Assembly: GCA_001179505.1 (NCBI GenBank)
Contig: CDMY01000077.1
Location: forward strand, 124,001 to 188,000
Source: Vitrella brassicaformis CCMP3155
Taxonomy: Eukaryota > Protista > Chromerida
DNA: 64,000 nucleotides
Direction of reading: 5' to 3'
The position numbers were made by a program, and so were the translations under genes. Of this stretch, positions 12,509-23,938 are shown in pieces; position 1 is the stretch's first letter; each line of letters opens with the position of its first letter. Below the pieces are notes generated by a model. It worked only from the letters and a program-made list of their open reading frames with translations, was not told the origin of the DNA and did no database searches.

Positions 12509-14056
12509 TCACCCGCGTCTATCCACACGTCCGCCCCCTGACTCAGCTAAGAGCGTCTTGGCAGCGATGAACGCGCGCTTCAGCTCAGCGTTCTCTGTCT
12601 CCAGAGCAGATATGACATTCTCGAGGTCCCTCATACTTCCAGGCACCTCCTCCTCCTGCTCAGCAGCAGCTCGCAATGCAGAAGCCGGCTTTCGCGAGAC
12701 AGCTTCCTGCTGCACCGATCGATGCTTGGACCTCTCTGCGTCGAGCTTTTGCGACCATTCATAGCCCTGGCTTCTCATTGCCGCTGTGAGTCTCTCCACC
12801 TCGTGCTGGGCTGATGTGAGATCCCTCTTCAGCCGGATCTTGGTATCTCGCTCTTCCATGAGAATGCGCTTCAAATCGTCGGTAATGGCTGATGCCTTTT
12901 TAGCCTCTTCGGTCTCTTTTCTCGCCTTTGTGAGCTGATCTTCCAGGTCTCTGGCTCTCTTGCGTATGGCCGCCATCTCTTCGCGCTTGGTGCCCTGCAG
13001 GTCCATGATCTTTTCCTGGGCGGCCACGCTGTCCTGCTGCTGGCTGGCCTCCGCCGTCTTGCGATAGCTGTCGTATTCCTCGAGCACCTGCTGCAGCCTC
13101 TCCTCCCGCTCCTCGAGAGTCTTCTGCGTCTCTTCCAGCTCCCTCTGCAGAGATCTGTGCTCCTGCCGAAGAAAGTCGAGCTGCTGCTCGCTGGTGTTGG
13201 CTGCCGACTCCAATCGCACCACCTGCTGCACCAGGTCTTCTCTCTCCGCCTCCCATTGCACTCGCTCGTCGTCCCTTTCGTCTTGGCTGGTTGATACGCC
13301 CTGGCCCCCCTCTTGCAGCTGGGCCCTCATAGCATGCATCTCCACCTCATTCTGGGCCAGGGCTTTCCGCAGCGTGTCGGCCTCATGCTTCTGGTGGATC
13401 AGTTCGGCCGTCATGTCTCTGAGAGTCGCCTCCCATTGTTTCATTTCCGCCTGTGAGCTGGTGACCTTGGCCTCCAATCGCTGAATCGCCCGCCGAAAGC
13501 GTGCCTCTCGTGCCTTGAAGTCGACCTTGGGATACAGACTCGGTGATTGTGGCGCCGTAGAGTCCGCCTCCAGGCCGCCCAGCAGTTTCGGCGCCTTCTC
13601 GACACCTATATGCTGGACGAGGCGGTGGATGATGGCATCCTGCTTGGCCAGCTGGTCCTCCAGTGCCTTGAAGACCGCTGTGCGCCTGTGCTCCTTGCTG
13701 TTCCGGATGGTGTCCCGCAGCTGCTTCTGCAGTCGGTCGTTCTGCTTGGACAGCCGCGAGACCGTCGAGGCGTGGAAGCGTTGGATGATGGCCAGCTGGC
13801 CCTGGATAGAGTCGGGATTGTCGTCTTCCGGCAGTAGATGCAGCTGTCGTTGCAGCGCCTGCAAGAGCTCTTGGAACCGTTGGGGCTCTGGCCGTGGTGG
13901 TCTGTCTTGGAGGCAGGGGGTGGAAAGGCCATGCCGACACGTGCTTGACGCACTCATCGTTGACGTGGGATGTAGAACAGAATCAGATTGTCTCACACAG
14001 AGAGCGACAGAAGTGGGGGTGTGGAACTTCGGCCTTTTCGCACGGCCGTCAGCCAT
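12509..14056 (-). CDS. Intronless 515-aa coiled-coil protein
   Basis: Uninterrupted ORF with GC3-rich codons and long E/Q/K/L heptad stretches (e.g. LDFLRQEHRSLQRELEETQKTLEEREERLQQVLEE). Confidence 0.8.
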   Translation of the reverse strand: MADGRAKRPKFHTPTSVALCVRQSDSVLHPTSTMSASSTCRHGLSTPCLQDRPPRPEPQRFQELLQALQRQLHLLPEDDNPDSIQGQLAIIQRFHASTVSRLSKQNDRLQKQLRDTIRNSKEHRRTAVFKALEDQLAKQDAIIHRLVQHIGVEKAPKLLGGLEADSTAPQSPSLYPKVDFKAREARFRRAIQRLEAKVTSSQAEMKQWEATLRDMTAELIHQKHEADTLRKALAQNEVEMHAMRAQLQEGGQGVSTSQDERDDERVQWEAEREDLVQQVVRLESAANTSEQQLDFLRQEHRSLQRELEETQKTLEEREERLQQVLEEYDSYRKTAEASQQQDSVAAQEKIMDLQGTKREEMAAIRKRARDLEDQLTKARKETEEAKKASAITDDLKRILMEERDTKIRLKRDLTSAQHEVERLTAAMRSQGYEWSQKLDAERSKHRSVQQEAVSRKPASALRAAAEQEEEVPGSMRDLENVISALETENAELKRAFIAAKTLLAESGGGRVDRRG

Positions 14057-14286
14057 GCTCCTTCGGACAGTGGATCAGTGGATCAGTTGGTCACCCCTCC
14101 TCTCACTCCCCTCTCACTTTCCTTTCGTTCTTTTTCCCGGCGAGCTTGCTTCACGGTGCGAGCTTAGATAACTTGAAAGCAAAAGGCGGAAGGTGCCCGA
14201 TCTTAGCCTGATCTGTGTGCACTCTGGCTCTCTTCACCTGTCTGATCTTTCTGCTTCTTTTGCATCATCATCTCTCACTGGCGGCG

Positions 14287-15978
14287 ATGGGCGACACTGT
14301 TACGCTTCGTGGCGGCGCCAAGATGCCCAAGCTGGGGCTGGGCATGTGGAAGGCGCCAAAGGACGTGACAAGCAGTGTGGTCTACGAGGCCATCAAGACC
14401 GGATGGAGGCACCTCGACTGCGCTGCGGACTATGGCATGCACTCACTATGCAGAGAGAGATGCATGGACAGGCAGAGGATACATATGTGTGCTTGGATTG
14501 TTTGGTTTGTGTGCAGGGAACGAGCAGGAGGTTGGATTGGGCATCAAGAAAGCGCTGGATGAGGGCATCTGCAAGAGGGAGGACCTCTGGATCACCACCA
14601 AACTGTAGACAGACAGACAGGCAGACAGGCAGACAGGCAGGCAGACAGGCAGACAGACAGGCAGACAGGCAGACAGGCAGACAGACAGGCAGGCAGGCAG
14701 ACAGGCAGACAGGCAGACAGGCAGACAGGCAGACAGGCAGACAGGCAGACAGGCAGACAGGCAGGCAGGCAGAGAGGCCGACAGGCAGCACGATTGAGCC
14801 CAGCCCATCTGTCCGTCTGTATGTCCATCTTTCTTGGTTCCTTCAGTTGGAACACGTTTCATGCCAAGGAGCATGTGCAGCTGGCGTGCGAGAAGTCCCT
14901 CAAGGACCTGGGCCTCACCTACCTCGACCTCTACCTCGTCCACTTCCCCATCTCACTCAAATTCGTACCCATCGAAAAGAGGTAGGTACGCCAGCCACAC
15001 ACCAACGGCACCACACGCACTGGGATCATTCACGACACGGTCGACGCAGGTATCCGCCCGAGTGGACGCACGACCCCGATGCGGCCAAGCCCAAGATGGA
15101 GCTGGCTGACGTGCCCTTGCGTGAGACGTGGGCTGCGATGGAGGAGCTCAAGGCCAAGGGGCTGGTCAAGAACATCGGCGTGTCCAACTGCAACTGCATC
15201 GCTCTCATGGAACTCATGAAGGAGACCAAGGACCCGCCGGCCGTCAACCAGGTCAGATGGAGGGAGATTGACGGCCGCCTGTGGAGGCACTAGGGATGTG
15301 TGTGTGTGTTGTGGTGCTGTGATGGGTTGTTGTTGGTGGTCAGGTTGAGCTGCATCCGTATTTGACACAGGAGCGGCTGCTCAAGTTCTGCGACATGGTC
15401 GGCATTCACGTGACCGGTTATTCGCCACTCGGTCAGCACATGGCAGCAGCAGCCACTCTACCGTCTGAGTGTATATTGGTTGTCCTGCCTGCAGGTTCTC
15501 CGAGTTATGTGACCATCGGCATGGCTGGCGCCAACGAGTCGGTCATGGAGGAGCCCCTCATCAAACAACTCGCACAGAAGTACAACAAGTCACCCGCACA
15601 GGTACACCACACCACACAAACCGCACCAAATGCACGACGACAAGCTGTCAGTGCATTCGCTTCCATCTGTGTGTGTCCATGTGCGTCAGATTGTGTTGCG
15701 TTGGGGCCTGCAGCGGGCCAACTGTTCCATCGTGCCCAAGACGGCCTCCGTCAACCGCCTCAAGGAGAACTTGGCCCTCTTCGACTTCTCACTCTCCGAG
15801 GACGACATCAAACAGATCTCCGCTCTCAACCGAAACAGGTACGCCCTGAGTGGGCGGACGGGTGGATGCCTAGAAACACTGTGTGTGTTGGGGTGTGGTG
15901 TGTTGGCACAGGCGTTATAACGACCCTGGTTCGTATACCGAGAGGGAGTTTAGCCAGTACTGGCCGATATTCGACTAG
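14287..15978 (+). CDS. Aldo-keto reductase (xylose reductase / mannose-6-P reductase-like, AKR2-type)
   Basis: Eight exons splice to [30 protein letters not shown]|[15 protein letters not shown]|[24 protein letters not shown]|[46 protein letters not shown]. The Asp/Tyr/Lys/His tetrad is present. Confidence 0.95.
14605..14775. repeat. (GCAGACAG)n-type microsatellite in AKR intron 2
   Basis: About 170 bp of GCAGACAG/GACA/GGCA units. Confidence 0.9.
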
Positions 15979-17031
15979 AGAGAGGGGGAGAGGATGTGTG
16001 GACTGTAGAATCGGCCGTGGAATTAAGGGCTGCTCGTGTGCGCGGGAGACAACTTTATTGTCCGTGGTGGCGCTTCATGGCTGCGTGGTGAGACTGACTC
16101 GCCGTCAGACATTACATGCTGCGTGCATCCCTTCATGATGAGTCGACTCGTAGCTAATTGTGTCCATCCATGACGCATGCCATTGACGGCCCGCCGGCGA
16201 CATACACACACAGAAAAACATCTCAGATAGATACACACACGCACACACACACACACACACAGACGCACACAGGCCTCCCTCCATCCCTCCCTCTTGTCCT
16301 TACTGACTAAACATGCATCCATCCATCCAGCCATGAAGGCAGCATCCACTTGTCCATCGCACCACACACACTCTGGCGCGGCCACACACCAGCGTGTTAG
16401 TCACTGCGTGGCTGGCTGTTCCTGCCAGCGTCTTCCGCTCTTCTGACTCCACACACCCCCACGGCTGTATCGACAATAGCTACAGCAACGTCGACACGGG
16501 CGTCAGGGATGGATGGATGGATGAAGCGTCAGGCGCACGGGAGGAACCGCCACTTGCGTAATGCACAACGACATGTAGAATATGCAACCGCACACTCGGA
16601 TCGTCGTTCGTGCGTCTGCGTCGCTTTGCGGCAGCCTCACGTCACCGTCCCTGTATGGCTGTCGGCACAGCCACACGCAGCCGATGACGGATGCCCATCC
16701 AAATCGACGGAGACGCGCCAACGCACCACGAGCACTGAACGTCACTCACTGTCTGCCATTGTCTCGCTTCTCATTGTCAGAAAGAACCAAAAGCGCCCCA
16801 ATTGAAGCGGCCCATACAGACAAAGAGGCATCCCATCCCTCCCCAGTACGACACCACACCAGACCAGGACACGGCACACCCCCAGCCTCACGCATGCAAG
16901 TATGCACTACGAATGGAGGATAGGATCCGAGCTGAGCTGCCGCCAATACGGCCAGGCAACCCCATCTACGGTCGGTCGGTATGGGGGCAAAGGCAAAAGG
17001 GGCGTGTAATGTGTGTGTGGGTGCGTGTGTG

Positions 17032-19025
17032 TCACTGCAGTCTGTTGACGGGGTGGTTGTCGTTCCACTCCTTGACCTGCGGGATGCTGTCCACCCTGTT
17101 GTACACCTGCACACGAGGGAGGGAGGGAGGGAGGGAGATATCAATCAATGACAGAGAAGACAGAAAAACCGACAGTGTGTCCTGTCGTGTAGGTGCGTGC
17201 GGGGCGGTGCGGGGTGAGGTGGTGTGATGTGCTGTGTTGTCTGACCGCTGCGAGGTGTGTGTGTTGTTGCCAGCAGGACTGCCCCTCGTGTGGCCTCACG
17301 TCCACCGGCAGCCAGCCCGTCGACTCGCCGTTGTCCAGCAAATTCAACAAGTTGTACAAATCCTATCAACAAAACAAAACACAACCAACATCATATCACA
17401 CGCGGCAAAATGGATGGCAAGACGTTCACAGGAAAGGTAAGAAACAATGGTCTCTGTGTGCGTTGCGTGGGCCGGGCCCATCTCTCTTTGCTCTGACTGG
17501 ACTGACCAGGTCAGCGACGGTGAGGTCTCCTCCTACTGCGAAGCCCTCGTGTCCGTTGGCGGCCACCAGACTGTCGAGCCGCTGCAGCCACTCGGGCAAG
17601 AATGTCGCCTTAAACGCGTCACATAACTGACAGACAGACACAGGCAGGCAACGTAGTCACTACTTATGCGGCGATATGTATGCGGCGGCCGGGCCCTTCC
17701 TCTTTCTTTCTGTGTGGAGTGGTGTGGTGTGTGCTGACCTGGTTCTTTCGTTCCTGGTCTTGAGTGAATCTGATTTTGCGGACCTCGGAGACGACATCCT
17801 CAACGCATCCGTGCAGCTCGGCCATCTTGCACTCGAGCCACACGTCCTGCGGCCACAGATTGGCCGCCTTGGCTGAACAAACAGACAAGCGGATGTGCAC
17901 TGCACGGGTACGACAGACAATGGCATCTTAATCTCTGTCAGGCAGTACCGGCGTATTGCATGATGGCGGTCTTCTGCGTGAGGCGCTTGTCGCCGATCTC
18001 CAACACCTGAATGAATGAACCACGCACATGCACACACACACACAGCCGACCGACTGGACCGTGTGTGTGCAGGGAGGGTATATGGCCCGGTCAGGCCTGT
18101 TGTGCTTACCGGTACCATGCCCTGGGGCATGGAGCCCTTCATCTGCGGCCACTCGGACAGCGATATGCGGATGTCCTCAAACTTTACCTGACCTGCACAC
18201 ACACCAAGCACATGGACCTGTGACACCAAATGATGCTGCTGTATTGTGTGTTGTGTGATGTGTGTTGTGTGATGTGTGTTGTGCTGCCCACCCCCCCACC
18301 CCCCCNNNNNNNNNNNNNNNNNNNNNNNNNNNNNNNNNNNNNNNNNNNNNNNNNNNNNNNNNNNNNNNNNNNNNNNNNNNNNNNNNNNNNNNNNNNNNNN
18401 NNNNNNNNNNNNNNNNNNNNNNNNNNNNNNNNNNNNNNNNNNNNNNNNNNNNNNNNNNNNNNNNNNNNNNNNNNNNNNNNNNNNNNNNNNNNNNNNNNNN
18501 NNNNNNNNNNNNNNNNNNNNNNNNNNNNNNNNNNNNNNNNNNNNNNNNNNNNNNNNNNNNNNNNNNNNNNNNNNNNNNNNNNNNNNNNNNNNNNNNNNNN
18601 NNNNNTGTGTGATGTGTGTTGTGCTGCCCACCCCCCCACCCCCCCACTCCCTCCCTCCTCCCACCGAGCATGAAGGCCAGCCGAATGGGCTCTGCTCTGC
18701 CGGTGAAATCGAAGTAGTACAACTTCGGCGTGGAGGGCGGAGGAAACATACCACCTGCAGAGCAAACAATAGAGAACAGCACGGGGAGAGGTGGATCTAT
18801 CCACACCGATGACACGGACACGCATCTGATGTGATCTGATGTGATCTCACTGTTTGCCATGTTGGTTTGTGCGCCACCCGTGGTTGCTCTGCCAAAGTCC
18901 TCTCCGCTGAGGATGGCCTCCAGCGCCGAGTTGATGTCGTTCCTGCAGGCGGTGAGGGCCTCCTTGGCCTGCTGTTCTGTGAAGCCCATCGCTTTGATCT
19001 GCTCGACGTGATCTGCCAACGACAT
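17032..19025 (-). CDS. UBA domain fused to a sigma-class-like glutathione S-transferase
   Basis: Exon 1 is MSLADHVEQIKAMGFTEQQAKEALTACRNDINSALEAIL (UBA, MGF loop). It continues in frame into PKLYYFDFTGRAEPIRLAFML|GQVKFEDIRIS..WPQMKGSMPQGMVP|VLEIGDKRLTQKTAIMQY..FLPEWLQRLDSLV..FAVGGDLTVADL..VYNRVDSIPQVKEWNDNHPVNRLQ*. Confidence 0.9.
18306..18605. other. Assembly gap (300 N) inside a GST intron
   Basis: Run of N. Confidence 1.
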
Positions 19026-20084
19026 CTTTGCTGCTGCACCGCACAAGCTAAGCGGGGCGCCAACCCAGTCCTCGTCCTCTCGCGTCAGATCTCTTGCGAG
19101 CTCAAAACGAATGCGAGCTTCCTTCCCCTCCGCTGAGCTTCCTTCCCCTCCGAAGGGCGAACAAGATCCTTCGTGAGTTTTGTCGATGTCAGTTCCGATA
19201 TTTCCCATTGCAAAAGGCCAAGTGACTCGATTGCAAGGCGGCAATGAGCTGCTGCCTGGTGCAAGGTCAGTGCGCCGGAGGAGGGCGTTGCATCGCCCGA
19301 ATGGTGGTCTCCGGGGGGCAGAGCGGGAGGGCAGACAAGACGGCGATGCTGCGTGGCCGGACGTCACTCTTGCTGAGAGGATTGCCAACCGTGTGTCGCC
19401 TCGAGAGATCATGAAATCTTAGAGGGTTCGGAGGCTCCGTTCAACGTGACACAGGCGTCGAGGGCTCCCTCGATTGCTGAGAACGGGGAGGATGTGTGCG
19501 AGGAGGTGTCCGTCTCTCCCGCCCAGTGGGGAAGAGGACCTATATGGCAGGCTATTCGAGCGCTCCACCAGACAGTTCTACGAGGTGGGGTACACGAATT
19601 GACCAACAACACTACACCCACACCTCCTCTCATGTCATGTCTCGGTCGGTACTGCTTCATCAACGGCAGGCATTCTGGCCAAACAAGGTCAGCTTGGGCG
19701 ATGATATCGAGAGCACCCCAAGCGCCCCGCCGTTTCGCGAGTTGGAGTGTGTGAATGAGATGTATGAGAGAGACGCCATGCACAGGGAAGACACGAACAG
19801 ACTGAGGCCAACAGAGCGCTGCTGAAGCATTTTGTTTTGTCTGTATCTGCCTGTGGGCCGTCCTCGCGGCCAGAGAGCTCGCGGCTGGACTGAGTATGTA
19901 ATGCATGTGCTGTCTGTAGGATTAATGGAGCGAGCAATGACCAAGGGTAGCTGAGGGAAGGAAGGACCAGACATCAGTAGTTGATAAACAATCAATGTCT
20001 GATATGCAACGGAACGCATCCACACCGAAGCATCCATTCAGCCAATCTACACCCCCCTCCCACTCTGCCGCTTGATGGATGGAC

Positions 20085-23000
20085 TCACTGCGTGGCGCAT
20101 TCCTGATTCTTCTCCCCCTCCTGCCCACCACCGGCAGCAGCAGCAGCAGCAGCAGCCCCGCTGACCCTCCTACTCCCACTGCTACCGCCACCCTCGCCAT
20201 CATCTCCCTCCCGCGCCTTGTCCGCCACCATGGCTGCCCACTGCCTATCCTCCTCACCCACTGCGACGTCCGCCAGGCGTGTGCCGTCGTGTGTCACAGT
20301 GTCGCGTGGCGAGCCGATGATGGATGCCTCGCTCGAGTGGGTGGGCTGGGTGCCGAAGCATGGCGTCCCGGCTGCCTGGTTGATGTTGTCGTCGTCAAGT
20401 GGTGGTATTGGTATTGGGGGTGGAGTGCAAGGTCTGTCATGGATGTCGCAGGGTGGCGGCGAGGGGTCCGTGTTGGTGACGGGTGGCGGGGCGTCAGGAT
20501 GGCCCGCAGTGGTGTCGACCGCCTCGTCGCTGGCATGGTCGAGCTCCTCCACAACCTGATGATGGCCACACAAACTCCATCATCCAGACCGACCATGTCT
20601 CCCTCCCACTTTGGTGTATCTTCTCTCTCTTACCTTCAGGGGCTCTGTGTCGGCCTGGTCCTGCTCCTCCGGTTGCTGCTGCACTTGTATGGCTGGTGAG
20701 GGCATGTCAATGAAGTGGCCGCCAAGGCTGCCGTCGCTCTCGCCCGTCCGCCGCTCCTCGTCGATGACCTGTGTGCTCTCGGTGCTGTCGTGGGTCAGCG
20801 TACGATTGGCAGGGCGGGGGTCGTCGGCCGGGAGGGAGGGGCGAGGCACACCCGCCTTGCCGCGTGTGACGTCCTGGTAGTCCTGGCTCAGCTGCTTGTA
20901 GCTGTGGCGCAACTCGCTGCATACATGAGATGCATCCATCGGTGTCTGTGAGTGGGTGGATGGAATGCATTGTGTGCGTGCGCGAGTACATGGTTTGTGC
21001 CTTGAGTTTGTTGTAGTCCTCCTCCTGTTTCTGCCGCACGGCCTTGAGCTCCAGATACGCCTCGCGGGAACGAATCGACTCGGCACGCAACTGCTCGGCA
21101 GTCCCATAGATTTCATTGATGCTATCTATCTTCGCGTGTGTGTGTGGGGGGGGGGGGGGGNNNNNNNNNNNNNNNNNNNNNNNNNNNNNNNNNNNNNNNN
21201 NNNNNNNNNNNNNNNNNNNNNNNNNNNNNNNNNNNNNNNNNNNNNNNNNNNNNNNNNNNNNNNNNNNNNNNNNNNNNNNNNNNNNNNNNNNNNNNNNNNN
21301 NNNNNNNNNNNNNNNNNNNNNNNNNNNNNNNNNNNNNNNNNNNNNNNNNNNNNNNNNNNNNNNNNNNNNNNNNNNNNNNNNNNNNNNNNNNNNNNNNNNN
21401 NNNNNNNNNNNNNNNNNNNNNNNNNNNNNNNNNNNNNNNNNNNNNNNNNNNNNNNNNNNNGGGACCTTGTCTATTTCGTCTTTGGCGGCCTTGAGTTGGA
21501 CCTCCAGCTCGCCCACAAGAGATCTGCAGCAATCAAGGACGCACACACACATGGCATGCCATCCATGTATGCGCCTCCTGTGTTGTGTTGTGTGTGTATG
21601 TCCCTTTTTCGCACTTCTCCCGCTGCAGCGCCTGTTTGGTCGACCACACGGCCTCTTGATCCTTACGATGCTGACATGCCCCGACAGATACCCATACAGA
21701 CAGATGGCAACCCTGCATGCGCAGCTGGCTCCCTCACCGACCGTGGGGTCGGCATAGTTGATGTCCGACTCGAGCACCTCGAGCCGCTCCTTTGCCGCCC
21801 GGCACTCCTCCTCCTTGGCCGCCAGCGCACTCACCCGTGCGGCCAGGTCGGCCTCCGTCTGGTCCTTCTGGGCCTGCAGTGAGGCGATGGTGCGGTTGAG
21901 GCGGTCCTTCTCCTCTACCCACATGTCACGCTCGGACTGATCGGGCAGACACAGACACACATCCACGTCTTTGAAAGTGGGTGAGGGTGGGGTTACGGTG
22001 AATTCTTGGTCCATTTGTTCGAATCGTTTGCGGCTGGCGGCCAGGCTGTCGGTCAACTCCTCTATCTGCGCGGGGGGAGGGGGAGGAGCGGAGGAAAGAG
22101 AGGAGACGTGTGCACTGTACGTGTGTGGCTCGTTCCACCCATGTGTTTTCTCGCCCACCCGTGTTTTCCATCCCTCAGCCTGCGACTCTAGCTGGGCGAT
22201 CCGGTCGCCCTGGCCAGCTGACACATCCTGCACAGACGTGTAGGCATCCTGCAGGCAGAGTCACACACAGACACACACACAGAGACAGAGAGACACACAC
22301 GCGCACCCATCCCCGCTCCTCTGCCGTGCCGTGCAGTGCAGTGCCGTGCAGTACCTGCAGCTGGTCGTATTGGTGTTGGAGTCTGTGGTACTCCCTGCAG
22401 CCGTTGTTGTACTTGAGGGTCAGCTCCCCCTGCTGCTGGGACAGGCCGTCCAGAGAGGCCCGGGCCTCACGGTGCTGCTGCTGCAGCTGATGAAACTCAC
22501 GCTCTACCTCATTCAAACGCCTGTATCAGGGTATCAATGCAATCAGCTAGGCACGTGGAAAAAGGTCAGGTGCGGTATGTACCTGACTAATCTGCCCTTT
22601 TCCTCCTGCTGTCGTGCGGCTACTTCCTCTGTGCGCGCCCTCTGCGCCGTCAACCAGTTGATGTCCTGTCCGACAGCCCACACACACACAGGTGCACAGT
22701 GAGGGAGTCGTGGCGACGGGTGAATGATTGGTGCACCTGTTCCTTTGTGTGCAGGGCCCGTTTCAGCTCCTGCACATGAGCCTCAACCTCCTGTTGCCTG
22801 TGTAATGGGCGCAGGTCATGCCATCGACGCCCCGACGCAGCGGGCAACTGACTTCCCTTACGTGTTTCGCTCCATCTTGGCCAGCTGTCGTTTCAAGCGC
22901 TCATTCTCGCGCTCGACCTCCTCTAGACGCACCTGGCTGCCATCCAACCACCACAACACATCAACACACACACACAGAGACAGAGAGAGAGAGAGTGAGA

Positions 23001-23901
23001 CGTAAATCTTCCTTTCTCGCGCACAGACAGTCATCCGTACGTACATGTCATAGAAAAGTGTGTGGGAGTCGTTGGGTGCGGCCTGCAGATCTGGGTGACC
23101 CTCCTGCGGCCCCTGCAGCCGACTGAACGGAGCGAAGAGGCTACCGATGCCGCCATGGGTGGCCGTCTTGGCAGACGATGACATCTTGCGATACTCATCC
23201 AGAATGCGCTCCAGCTCACTGACACACACACACTTGATTAGCTGCTTGGCTCGTGAGGGCGAGGGAACACACTGACGCTTTGTCGTGTTGGAGTGCCTCG
23301 TGGAATCGTTCGTTTCGCTTGTTGCGCTCCCGCAGCACCTTGAGCTCGCTCTCGCAATCACGCAAACGCTCATCCGAGAAGGACGCCTGACAGATACGCA
23401 CAAACACACAGAGTCACACACCAAGAGAGAGACAGAGACAGGTCGCCCGCGACCTGCTTGTCACAATTGTGGCCCGCCCACCGACCTTCGAGCGTAGCTG
23501 GCTGAGCTCAGCCTCGAGTGCTTCCTTGTTCCTCTCGGCCGTATCTGCTTGATGGATGACCAACACACACGCACACAACACGCCACACGGCAAAGTAATG
23601 TGTGTGTGCGTGTGCGGGACGGCCGGTGTCTTCAACTGACCGAGTTCTATTTGTTTGACTTTGAGTGCGTCGGACATGCCGCGGAGCTGACGCTCGACAG
23701 AGACCAGACGCTCACGGGCATCCTCAGCCCTGACAGCCAGCCACAGCGTGTCTCCCTCTCCCTGCCTCCCTGCTCCTATATAATGGGTGTGGTCATTCGC
23801 TCACTCAGCGAGTCTTGAAGTGAGTCTGTGTATCTGCTCCTCGTGCTCCTGCTGATGCTCGGCCGTGCCCTCGTACTCCTGATGCACTCACTCATGGATG
23901 A

Positions 23902-23938
<37 letters not shown>

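Noticed and set aside
14393-14943. ORFs with ([16 protein letters not shown])n repeats here and across the window
   Set aside because: They are translations of intronic GACA/GGCA microsatellites, not proteins.
19026-19412. In-frame N-terminal extension of the UBA-GST ORF (411-aa ORF in the track)
   Set aside because: No recognisable domain, and MSLADHV starts exactly at the UBA boundary. More likely 5' UTR or promoter.
19180-19760. Plus-strand ORF pieces that look partly coding
   Set aside because: Stops in all frames and no consistent splice path or homology.
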